The notes under the pieces were generated by a model that was not told the origin of the DNA, did no database searches, and was given only the letters and a program-made list of their open reading frames with translations. This document shows positions 24,201 to 36,602 of a DNA stretch of 64,000 nt, one piece after another. The stretch is taken from contig NC_092674.1 in NCBI RefSeq assembly GCF_964355755.1, positions 26,474,001-26,538,000 on the forward strand. Direction: 5' to 3'. The DNA comes from Antedon mediterranea (taxonomy: Eukaryota > Animalia > Echinodermata). Position 1 is the stretch's first letter. Every line of letters begins with the position of its first letter. The position numbers were made by a program, and so were the translations under genes.

Positions 24201-27200
24201 ACGTCACATAAACTACCAGTAAATCCTGCTGTGCATTCACACGTGTAGCTGTCGATACCGTCCACACACTTTGAGTTCACACTACACCGATCTGATTAAA
24301 TTAATACTACTAAGGCTTTGTCCCACTAGCGACGCAACACAGGACCGTCTACTCAACGCAAGCCAGTTGACCAATGACAAATGATAGTTTGAATATTATC
24401 CATCGCTTGTGATTGGTCAAATCGTTTCGCTTACGTCTTTGCGTAGCACCATAGTAAAAACCCCGTGTGAAAACCCAACTTTAAAACTTAATAAATTATT
24501 ATTCAATGTAATTGTATAGGCCTACATAATAAACGGTATTTCAATTAAAGGAATAAAAAGTGCAAAAATTGTAACAATTCTAAACTTACTGTTTCGACAG
24601 TCATCAATATTAGTCTGACAAGTTCGACCTTTAAACCCACGTGGACAGACACACCGGAAATGTCCCCTTCTGTCGACACACATTCCATTGTTTTTGCATA
24701 TTCCCGGTGCGCATTCATTCAAGTCGATTTCGCAGTTGTCGCCAGAAAAACCTTTTAGACACACGCATTTATACCCTTCAGCCAAATCATAACACTGGCC
24801 TTTGTTTCGGCACGGTAATGAAAGACATTCGTTGACAACTATCGATAAAAAGATTTATTGATAAATATTAATTTCAGTCGCTGAATTATTGACGATATTC
24901 ATTGCTGATCTTAGGCCTACTGTACCTTGACATAACGCCTCGGTTGAAGCTCCCACTTTCAGTGTGTGCGTTCCTGGAGGGCAGCTAATGCACGTCGACT
25001 GCTTACGTAATGGTTGGTATGTTCCCAATGGACATCGTGTACAAGGGGTCAAAGTGCTGAGGGAATAAGTTCCGGGTTGACACACTCCTACATCGACAGC
25101 AAGAAATTAAGGTAGGAAAATACATATAGATTATAGAATGTTGTTTAAACAAACTTACAGCACAACATTCAACATACCTTGAGTTTTCGACACGTTTCAA
25201 ATGAACTTTATCATTATTAGTTATTGAATTAACATAAATATTTTAAATTAAAAACACAATAAGGAGATGTTAACAACTTTCTTATTTTATGAAATCCATA
25301 CTGTACCATACAGAATACATCTACCTTTGCACGCGGAAAATATTCGGGAAAAGCGTATGTCAATATTCCGCGAGGTGTCGAGCAGCTACTTCCTGCTAAA
25401 AATCGGACCTTGCGGTACATGTTGTATAGTACAATAGCGATCTGCAACATTCAATATTCATGAACAACCCTATGTTACGATGCTATATAATTAAGTATTT
25501 CTTGTGTGTAAAACAATGTAGGCCCACCTTGACAATCATCAAATGAAGTGGCCCCAGGCATTAGCGTCGTTAAGCCACGACATGTGAAACACCTTCTCTG
25601 TCTCCCTCTACTTTGGTAGGTCCCAACTGGACATGCTGAACATCTCTCCATTCCGGTTATGGAATACGTCCCTGGTTTGCAAGGTCCTAGAAAAACACAG
25701 TTTTTAAGAATTTCGAACTTTGAATTGTCGTAAGCATAAATGGTTTCGAATCTGCTAAGGAAAAGTACAGTAATCACAAACATTCTATAGCACATTTAGT
25801 TGCACAAATGGTTTCGAATCTGCTAAGGAAAATAACCACACACATTCTATAGCACATTTAGTTGATCCTACGTACCTTTGCATTCAAACGAAGACTTAGC
25901 ATATTCGTAATCGGTAGTACTTCCTTCTGGGCAAGATTTGCACGTTTTCTGTGCTTCTTGATCTTGGTAAAAACCTTTCTTACACCCGATACATGAACCG
26001 TCACTGTAGAACGTTCCAACAGGGCAGTTTACTGAAAACAATACATAGAGAAAAATCTAATTACAACATCAACTGGAGATCTACTAAAGCCCCACTAAGA
26101 AGACGCAACGCAATGACGCAAGCGAGCTGACCAATGACAAAGCGACGGTTCGAATATTCCATTGCCTACTCGTTTTTGTTTTTTTTTTTGTGTAAAACTT
26201 AATTTACATTTAGTTCTAAAGCAAATAGAGGAATTTCCTTACCACAAAGTCCGCTTCGACTTATCTGTCCCTGCCTACATGATGTACTGACGTCACTAAA
26301 ATATAGTTCAAGTTTTGATAGATGAAGGTTTATGTAGGTACCAAATTTGTAAGACAATCTACCGGTTCTAACAGCGTTTTCGATATCGTCCACAGTTTTT
26401 TTAACATCTGGATCATCAGCATGTGAGGCCTTGGTTTAGAAAATAGCTTTTGTTGTTTTGAAGTAATCCTTATCATTTAAGAACCTCTTGTAATGGTATC
26501 TAATTAATCTTTATTAATGGTCTTCCTGACCGTTCTAGTCTTGCCAGATAAAATGACCCTCAAAATGACCCTCATCATTATCTAACTTAAAGCTGAAGAA
26601 ATAAGTAGGCCTATAAAGTAATTCTAACCAAAGCCCGAGTCCTAAAATTTTTCCTAAACTAGATGGAATTATTTATTACCTCCGATCCAAGTAAAATTTT
26701 AAACTGCAAGTAGTAGGTCGCATAGGCAGGTCTTGGGTTATATCTAGTAGGTATGTACCTACATGTTGTCTCCGTGGTCTCTATTGAGCAGTTGTAGCAG
26801 ACATCGTGTATAACTGCACTGAACTTATCTTCAAAAGCTTTAAGGTCGGTCTTTGTCTGGTAAGCACCTTGTTTTGGACATGGTCGTGTGTAATATGTTA
26901 GCCCAACGTCTAAAGCCAAACCGCCATTATCTACGGCTATTAAAATCAAAATAATACATTTAAACACATTTATAAACTACTCAAACAACATAGATATTTG
27001 ACAACTACTTTTCTGTGCCTAGCTGGATAAATCAACAATAGCCTCTCCAGAGGGAGGGCTGAGACACGATAAGTTCTTAGTGCACCCCTCTACCATAATG
27101 GACCATTCCGCAACCAGGCTCTCGTTTGTGAAGTTTATTGAGTAACGCAAATAGAGATTTGACTTACCCGAGCAATCTGGCCACGATAGATCAGGCTTGT

Positions 27201-30200
27201 TTGATGAAGAATCAACCCAATTGCTGTCTGATAAATGCAATGATAGGAAAACAGTCAATCTTGATTCTGTATTTTTTATTTACATACGTGAAGTTATAAA
27301 GTTAAAACTTAGAATTTGGCTTTGTGTTATGGCTCTGATAGTTTTTATTCATAGAATTCAAGATAAACCTACTTCGACAGTAATACACATCTTCAGTTTC
27401 CCGCCAAAATTGGTAGCCCTGTTTACAGGCGATTCGGTAGACTTGATTTCCTCCTAACAAGGATGTGTGAATAATGTTGCCATTTCTTGGGGCTTCTTGA
27501 AACGAGCACGAAGAAGCTGGAAAGAGATTAAGTTTTTAAATATTTATAGTATTCAAAAGTGCAACTTACAGTTTTAATGTTACTTCAGAACAATGCATTA
27601 CGTTTTGAAGTAATTTCTACATACTTGCAACAGCCACGTAGAAGTCACAAGAAGCCGTGTTTCCAGAAGAGTCTTTTGCCTTGTATGACACCAGAACTCT
27701 TTCGCCTTGCTTCACTTCATAACCAGATTGAACATTAGAAGTAATCTCAAATGGCATCCCAGAGTTATCTTCAAATGTTGGTTCTCTCCACGTTACATTG
27801 AAAGAATCTTGCAAAGTTTTTATCTTGATGTCTTCTTCACAAAACACTACTACTGGGGCATCAGCATCTATATTACAATTATTTACAATTAGTAGAGGGA
27901 ATATTAGGTAAAATACAGATCCATTTACATTGAATAGTACACGTTTAATGACGTTTAATGGGTCTCTTCCAAGTAGAATCTGCTTTTCAGATACCATTTG
28001 TACACAATGTGGTATGAATTTATTAAACCTGTTGCCAAAAGTGGCTTTTAATGTAAGCCTACGGGTATAAAATAACAAGATTTTTGTTGTTAACCCTATT
28101 ATCATTTGCAGACACAGAAACCTTTGGAACCGAATAAAGTTTCCCCTTAATGTGTTGGCCGTAGTGTTAAAACATATATATTGCCCCTCATTTCTTTCAC
28201 GAAAAGTGTCCCCTTAGTGTCCTCGTATGTCTGGTCCCACTATAGATCCAACGCAAGAACGTAACGCGCAACGCAAGTGATTTGACCAACCACGGGCGAT
28301 GAATTATTTGAACTGTCGCTGGTAATATTGGTCAACTCACTTGCGTATCTAGTAGGAACAAGGTTAAATAGGAGTTTAATGGTTTTTTTATTTCTTACCG
28401 ATAACTGTGACGTAGAATGAACAAGTAGCTTGGTTACGTTTTTCATCTCTTGCCTTTATTACGACTTTTGTTCGTCCAATTGGAAATTCATTATTTGTTG
28501 TATATGGTGTTGTGTTCTTTCCATTGCCATCTTTCGTGATTACTTTTACTTTAGACGGGTTTCCCGAATTGTCCACCACATTTAGTTTATCCCAGGTTAC
28601 CTTTGCTGTATTCTTTAATGAGTCTGTATTGACAGTGATATCGAAGGGACAGTTTGTTATTGCAGGTGGCTCATTATCTACAGAAGAAAAAAATAATTTA
28701 ATATCAATGTTAATTACAGAACCATATTGGCACAAAAACAAGTTACCGTTTCGTGGTGATCTAAACGTTCATTACATAGCTTTAAATATAATTTAAGATA
28801 TTTAATGTATGATGTCCATATACACTTAGGTCTGGAGGTTACAGTATATAGAAAAAGAATATAAATTTTGAAAGAAAATAGCCGATATTTAAAGAATAGT
28901 CTCAGAACTCTTCTTTTATTCTAGTACTAAATTCAATAATTCCATTCAATTCTACACATTATCTCAAAGTATTCAGGAGTTTCCGAAAACCATTCCGATC
29001 CATGGTTAATAATGTTAATTTTTTTTAATGTACGTACCTATGCATTTTGTAATATTATTGCTCGACCACATCTTATTTGCTTGGCACATTCTGTTTTCTT
29101 GACCTTTTAAGGCGTATCCTTCTACGCATGCTATCATACACACAGTTTTGTATGGCAGAGATGAGTTCCAGCATTCGGCAGGAGTCACGATCATATTTGC
29201 GCCACCCTTGTGAAGCTTTATAGGACTGCATTCGACGGCTAGGAAAATACAAGTTACAAGATTAAGTAGAATCATTAAGAAAAAGGTAAACAATATTAAT
29301 AATTTAATTGATTATTATTAACATTATGACGGTAACGTCCTGTAGTCTGTACTTCTCTTGGCCAAAAAGCAGACTACATATTGATATTAATTGAGAAATG
29401 TTCTTTCGAGTTTAACCAAATCAAAATGGGAGAAAACTTAACCGACGTAACGCAACGCAAGTGAATTGATCAATCACAAGCGATGGCTTATTTGCTTGTG
29501 ATTGCTAACTGTCTATAACTTCGCTTGTCATTGGTTAAAACGCTTGCGTTGCGTTTACGTCCTTGCGTTGCGTTCTAGTGGGAACCAAGCTTTATACATC
29601 CGATTCTGTGGCTGTCACGAGACTCTCTGTGGAAGACTGTTACCAGTCTACCAGATACTTATCTGACTGTATTAAATACTTTTAATACACGATATCTCTG
29701 TCATTAGGTTCCTATCTAGAGACAATGTATAACGTTATAAAATGTGTAGATATTTTCAGAGATATCATGTATTAAAAATACTTAATACAGTTAGATCTGT
29801 ATCTGGTAGACTGTTAACAGTCTTCCACAGAGAGTCTCGTGACAGCCACAGAATCGGGTGAATTATAAATAATTTTATTATCACTTTATTAACTAGTACC
29901 GTATACATTGTCGATGTCTCATTCAATTTATTTTTTTTTTATTTCCAATCAGCATCTTAAAGAGTATTTCCATGGAGGGATGTGAGGACCCCAAATTGGC
30001 TTTTCATGCCTTCACAGCTTCTTTCTGGTCTTCCTTCGTCGTTATACTTACGTTTACATTCTAGGCGTCTTCCACTCCAAACACCACTCTCTCCAGATTT
30101 CTCACATCTTCGGACGGCTTCATTCCCACTTAATTCGTACCCTTCTTCACATGTCACGTGACAGTCGGTACCAATTGATAATTTTTGGTTTCTGCAGTTC

Positions 30201-32983
30201 AGTATTCCATTCTCCACGTTTGGTGCATCGCAGATTATTTCTAAAGAAGCGCAATATCATTGTTACTATGTAAAGTGTAGCTTGCCCTAAGTCTAAGTTT
30301 ATTGTCTTTTTTAATTAATTTTATTTATTTCAATTTTTTGTCTGAAAACAAGCTCAAATAGTATACGTATGAAACGTCATATATACCAAAATAGACTAGG
30401 TAAAGTGTAACCTTGTATTATTGATGACATAATTTGTTAATATCACTTGACGTCACTTACCAGAGCACTGAAGGTGTTGACCTGACCACGATCCATTCGC
30501 TTGACACACCCTCTCTACGTCACCACCAACCATTTTATAATTGGTCGCACACCCAAACATGCAGACATCGTTAAAAGAATGTCCACAATGTTTCGATATT
30601 TTGTCAACACCTTTGGCAGAGATCATTGCATTACATGTTACAGCTAGAAAACAAAGGGAAAATGTTTGGTTGTTTGGAGTTGTTTATTCATTCATTCATT
30701 CATTCTTTATTTAGCCTTCAAAATCGAAATACATTTAAACATAACAAAAACAAGACAGGCGGAAATCTAAGGAGGCAAGGATAAGCAAAAGCAATTAAAA
30801 TCGCTGTAGCTCGCAGGCTTGCTTATCCATCCTTAGACATCCAGAACATAAAGATAGACATTCACGAGTTGCAGAGAACACTTAGGCCAGGGAAGAGTTC
30901 ACTCATCCCTGGTTAGGCCTACTACGGAGTCATTGGAAAGTAAGTTGGTGATCATTTGAAAAATATGTTTTTTAAAGACAGACAGATTTAATCCTGTTAA
31001 AATGAATGAATATAATAAATTAAAGAAGAGTCGATCTAAGTTTCGAGTATACAGTATTGTCGTTTGAAAAAAACAACTCCTGAACTATGACTTCTTACCT
31101 TGGCAGTTATTACGCGAGTTCTTCTGAAAACCTTCGACACATTGGCAATCGCTTTTACCCGTTGAACCAGGATTCGAAGTGTTTGAGTTTCCTGGACACG
31201 TTAGACAAACGTGGTTACCCCAGATCGATTTAAAAGTACCAATACCACAGGCTGTAAAATAAAACAAAACAAAATTCTTCACAAAACTGGTTTACTATGA
31301 AAGAAATTGAATAAACATAAGCCTAAACCAGCGTAACTTACACTGTCACTAGATACAGCTTAACTGACGACCGCAAGTCAATGATATACAAAAGTCTAGG
31401 TACTTATAACGTGAACGACTTACGTAAGCATTCCGTGTGAACATCAGACCACGTGTAACCTGGCTTACATGCACATTGATAGCTTACACTTTCAAGAGCA
31501 AATGTACAACTTGAATTGTGTGCTTCGCAACAGTTCCCTCCAGTGCAGAGAAAGTCACAATTACTGTCATCTACTAGCTCCCATTCTGTTTGATGTTTGA
31601 TATCTACAGTTTAAAAAAAACAACAAAGAAAGTAATGTTTTCCTTCTCGTCACATGGTTATTTGAGAGCCCATTATCATACATTACAATACCAGCCTACA
31701 CGTGCCAAAACAGTGTTTTTTAACAAGAAATGAAAGAAATTTTTTGTCACATAAAGTTTGATAGTGTGGACAAAGCATTACCTCCACGCATTATATTACA
31801 GATTCCTCTAAGATCCTCAGAATCGTCCAGACGGATGACATTCTCGCCATCACCAGCAACGTCACGAAGCTCTCCATAACTGACATTTGTTTGTAAAGCT
31901 ATTGGAATGATAACGATGCCATCCTTTCTCATCTGCTCAGCGATTCCACGTGGATCTTCCGTTGAATCCGAGAGACCGTTTGTCAACATTACCAACAACC
32001 TGCATGTCAAAATGTTTTAGTATGCATCATGTTGTATGTGTGTAACATTGCCTTCGTTTATAAATGACTGGTAAGTGTTATCTTTTTGATCAAACGGCTG
32101 CTTGTGTTCTTATTATATGGTTTTTTCTTCAGTTTTCCCTTTTTTTATCTAATTAAAATCACGTCAGATGCCTACTTTTCTCTATCCTTTTTCATTTTCA
32201 GTTTTCCACCGTTTAAGCTTAAGTTTAAGGGACGAGTTAGCGAATAATAGCAGATTAATGCACCCCAACACCTCGAGAGTTTTTTCATGTAAACTCACCC
32301 TTTCCATGTAAACTCACCCTTCCCGTGTAAACTTGCCTTTTCCATGTGAATCGCCTTTCCCATGTAAACTCACCCTTCCCATGTAAACTCGCCTTTCCCA
32401 TGTAAACTCACCTTCCCTGCTAGCACTATATTTTATTAACAGTGGCCTACAGTAATTGTTTCAGCTGATTAGAATAAAATGATGAACAGATTAAATAAAT
32501 AAATGTGTAGGCCTACTGGATACCTGTAGATCCTTACCTGGTTATGTTCTTCAATTCCTCTTCTGGAAAGATATCGTACGACTTTTCTAGGACAGATTTA
32601 TAACTTGACGTAGGCCTACTCTCGGCCTTGTACGTCACATTCTTGATAGCATCTTTTAGACTGCAATCTCCTTGTGAGTTTTGAATATAGTTAATAGGGA
32701 TGTCAATCTTGTCTTTGTCAGCGTAAGTCATAACTGCTAACTGCGTCTGATTCTTTCGAAAGATGTTTGCAGACTGCTCTACGAAGTCTACTTCGAGGTT
32801 AAATAAACTCGAATTCACAGTTCCAGAGCTATCAAGTGCATAAATTAAATACATCGGATCGGTTTTGTATCTCTCAAACAGAGTAAACATGCGTTTACTT
32901 TCTGCAGTGTCGGCGACATTTAGGCCTGCTATTGCATTGAAAGCTATGCATTGTAGAATTATACAACAGGCAAAAAGCATCAT
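18296..32983 (-). CDS. Large secreted SVEP1/polydom-like protein, ~30 exons: signal peptide, VWA, ephrin-receptor-like Cys repeats, sushi/CCP, HYR, EGF repeats, pentraxin, EGF, then VWC-VWD-C8-TIL
   Basis: Hydrophobic [10 protein letters not shown] leader (upstream in-frame ATGs at 33010 and 33046). VWA LDSSGT; [14 protein letters not shown]; CKPGTYS ephrin-rec repeats; many CxNGGxC EGFs; pentraxin HHVCVTW and [10 protein letters not shown]; VWC GTCCPSC; VWD GLCGNMN; TIL-like last exon 18296-18489 ending at TAA. Confidence 0.9.
21787..21965. mobile_element. PIF/Harbinger-type MITE family B (other copies ~8340, 9030, 10618, 12576, 22350, 23965, 24313, 26087, 28232, 29441, 46450, 59757)
   Basis: TIR AGC(T/G)TGGTTCCCACTAG, TTA target duplication, and an interior with ACGCA repeats and CCAATCACAAGCG. 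Confidence 0.85.
29597..29860. mobile_element. MITE with ~105-bp TIRs (CAYCCGATTCTG termini); related shorter copy at ~23275-23391
   Basis: CATCCGATTCTGTGGCTGTCACGAGACTCTCTGTGGAAGACTG is inverted at 29810-29860. The TSD is ambiguous, so the superfamily is unassigned. Confidence 0.8.
32286..32418. repeat. ~20-bp minisatellite (CATGTAAACTCACCCTTYC) x ~7 in intron 1 of the SVEP1-like gene
   Basis: Direct tandem units are visible. Confidence 0.85.
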
Positions 32984-33174
32984 TTGATTGTCTGTTTTGT
33001 TGGTGTTCATCTTAGTGCGGCTACTGACCGATTGCTTATGACTCAAATCAAATTGAAGATAGGTTTATCAAACGTTTGTATTTCCTGCTTTTTTGAATTG
33101 ATTTCCGTGATATTGAGGATCAGAGAACTTGGCAGTGAACTGCTACCACTACCACATGATGTAACAAGAAATAC

Positions 33175-33635
33175 TGTGCAATAGTACATTTTAATAGTGA
33201 CTATATTGCATCATATATTTTTAGTTTTATTAGGTCTTATCTTGTTTTCTCCTTTATGCAATAGTACATTTTAATAGTTTAGTGACTATTGCATCATATA
33301 TTTTTAGTTTTATTAGGTCTTATCTTGTTTTGTCCTTTGTGCAATAGTACATTTTAATAGTTTAGTGACTATTGCATCATATATTTTTAGTTTTATTAGG
33401 TCTTATCTTGTTTTCTCCTTTGTGCAATAGTACATTTTAATAGTTTAGTGACTATTGCATAATATATTTGTAGTTCTGTCAGGTCTTATCTTCCTTTGTG
33501 CAATAGTGCATTTTTTTAGGATACTTAAGTGGCTATTGCATTATATTTTGTAGTTCTATTAGGTATTATCTTGTTTTCTCCCTGTTCAATAGTTTGTTTT
33601 TTTTTCTTTGGGATACTTAAGTGGCTATATTGCAT
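33175..33635. repeat. ~82-bp tandem repeat x ~5.5, immediately upstream of the SVEP1-like start
   Basis: The unit TGTGCAATAGTACATTTTAATAGTTTAGTGACTATTGCATCATAT...GGTCTTATCTTGTTTTCTCCTT recurs and decays to the right. Confidence 0.9.
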
Positions 33636-36602
33636 ACAGGCCTTTTCCTTTTTGGCCATTCTCAAGAAACAATATTAAGTTAATTATACATTAAATGAAG
33701 AGGGAGGGAACTACCATGAACACATAGATGCTGAAATACTAACGTAAAACGGTGCAAACATCTTGCCCTAAAATGAACTCGAAATAAAAGAAATTTCTCC
33801 CCAATATATTAAGGACTAGAACAAAAAATAAATCCATATTTTTATTCTATAAGGCCTACGGAGTTTAAAAGAAAAAAAAATGAATTTTGGCAAATGGTTT
33901 GGTGATTATTGTCACGTAGGTCTATATATTTAAAACTTTATTGTAAGCCTACGTGATATGATCGTTGTTTCCAGATCGTTGTCAAAATCAATCAATCGAA
34001 TAACATGTACAAATCGAACTATAATTCAAACCAACCTACCCAAACCGACGCGTGTATTTACGACCAAACCGGGCTGCAATGCGGATTTTCGATAACACAA
34101 GGAAGTAGACCCAATAATATAATAATATAACAATAAGGAAACCATAAGGTTGAGATTCCAAGGCAAGGCGATTACCGGTATAATTAAAACTCTATTCCTC
34201 GTGTTATACAGTAATTATATTGATAAAGATAACGTATTGGTTACATTGTTTTCCCTACGGAATATAACTTAGTGCTTCCTAAGGGAAAATAGCTCCCAGT
34301 CCCCAATGTCGTTGGAGCGTTCCGGTGTAGGCCTACTTAAAATCGTGCAATCGGCCTAATCACCACATATAAAAATAGATTTATAAAATAAATACATTAA
34401 AGTTATTTTTTATTTATATCACTAGGCCTATTTAGTTTTACAATATTTTAGATTATAGGTGGATTTGCCTCTGCGGCTGTATTGGGATATCTTGTGTATA
34501 GATTATCATTTATAAAGTAGATAATATAAATTGTTGAAGCTGAAGCAAGGAAATTAACTTTTCAAACATACCACTGGTACAGTTAATTGATTGGCAAAAC
34601 TATAGTATGAAGTGAGCCCTCTATAACATCAATTTAACTACGTGTTAGTTCGGTTTCAGAGCCATAATTATACAGGATATATAATATGGCTCTGTTCTGT
34701 TTAATTGTAGTGAGCCCTCTATAGTTCTGTTTCCAAAACTTTTTCTCGAAAATATTGGCGCCCACAATTTACTTTAATTTCCAATCAATTTTACAAACGA
34801 ATTCCGAGCACTTCAAATATAAACCTGACAGTTGTTCCTCATAGCTATTTACAGCACATATAGACTAGGTACTTTCCCAAAATTATTTAATAGCTTATTG
34901 TTCTGTTCGTTAATTTTAATAACCTTCATATAAGTGGTGTAGATAAAAGAAAAGAGTTGCATAACAAGATCGTTTTTGGCAACTGTTACTTTGTTCCAGG
35001 GTATTCGGTATCAAAGTAAGCCTATATTTAGTCTTGAACGTGCATGTATGGTCACCTCGTGTTTCCTCTGATCTTGAGTCCTTAACTGGACCTTATATTT
35101 AGGGCAGGTTAAGAAATGCAGCGTATTTCAAAATTGTTTTACTTTGAATGTATTAATGTTAACGTCCCCCGGATGTTCAGGCTTACATTCTTGGCTTTGC
35201 GTGACCAGAACGTTGAAAACTATGGGTTCTTAGCCTACGTTTTCCCATACCGTTAACGGAAGTGAGTCCGGCAAAAGTACCACATAGTTCCCCATCCAAG
35301 CCACAGTACGTGAATTTGTCCTTCCCGGATTGACATCTCTATGTATTGTTCAACTTTATGTGCTTAGTTGCTTAAGATAATTCCCGAACAATTTTGCCTC
35401 GTTCAAGTCCCATTATATATGGAGGCAACATCGGATATGCATGGGCCGGGTATGAATGATTGAAACATTAAAACAATAACATTTTCTTTAAGCAATCTTC
35501 AGTAAGCTGAAAAGTTTAATATATTGTTAAAGATCCGTTGGTGCAGTTAGGCTATTTGAAATTTTAGCAATTTATAAATTGTAAGGTTTTAGGAACATTC
35601 TAATGGTTTGAATCCTTTTAAAGCTGTTTTAAACTATTCTAATCTCCTGAATCCTATTCAATTTTAATACCTTGTCATTTTTACACCGTGTTTCATAACT
35701 TATATTTTTTTTGTGCAATTATGTGTGTGTACATAATATATTATATTTTATATCTATTTATTATTTTACTAATAATTGTCAATTTTCAAGAAGAATTTCT
35801 GTTGTTATTTTATGATGATGATGGACAAATAAAGCATTTCAGTATTCAGTATTCAGTAAGTTATAAATTAGGAGTAGCAGCCGCGCGCGAATATACGAAT
35901 TTGTCAGAGAGGTCCTGAACAGTGTGTGTACATTGTATAGGCTGCACGCTGTGTGGGCAAGTTCTTGGTGATCCAAAATAACGTCTGAACCGCGTGTACA
36001 GTATAGGCATGCACACTGTGCAAGGTGTTTAGGTTTATTCTGATGGTTGTTCAAAATGTGCAAAACAATGTACAGATTAAAAAAGAAATTGATATTAAAC
36101 CTTTTTTATGATTTCGAGGAGTAGGGTTTAATGTTTTATACATCCGGCTGCCTTCGTTAGATATCTCAACTTCCATTACCACTTGGCAGGATATTTGTTT
36201 TATGGAAATCCTCTGGATTTCCTGAATGGAAACAGAACTTCCTGTGGGAAGTACAAAATAATCCGTTGGCATTCCATAAACAGCTTTGAGGTTCATTAGT
36301 AGATACCACCTCCATAGAATAAATGTTTGTTTTATTTTTTTTAAATAGGTTTATTATAATGCACTGGTAGGCCTCTAAAAAAGATAAAGGACTTCCAACA
36401 TTTTTTCTATTTTCGATAATAATCTTTTATAGCTATATGATGCTTAGCAAGTTTATTATTATTTAGATAATGTGGCATTATACAGGTATTTTATCAATGT
36501 TATCTTGCACATATTATACACATATTCCTATCTCCATTCCGATACTAGGCCTACCGCACTTGTATTGTAAACTTTTTTAGAAGGCCTACACTGTGTGTGC
36601 TA

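Noticed and set aside
25737-25863. ~67-bp intronic tandem duplication
   Set aside because: It is real but an ordinary slippage duplication with no splice or coding consequence seen.
35160-35460. GC-richer block with an EGF-like-looking minus-strand peptide (CQSG..TYCGLDGELC)
   Set aside because: Cys spacing is incomplete, stops occur in all frames, and there is no convincing splice context.
36040-36300. Possible THAP-domain relic on the minus strand (CFAHFE, LFPF fragments)
   Set aside because: It needs several frameshifts and I found no termini, so it cannot be distinguished from chance.
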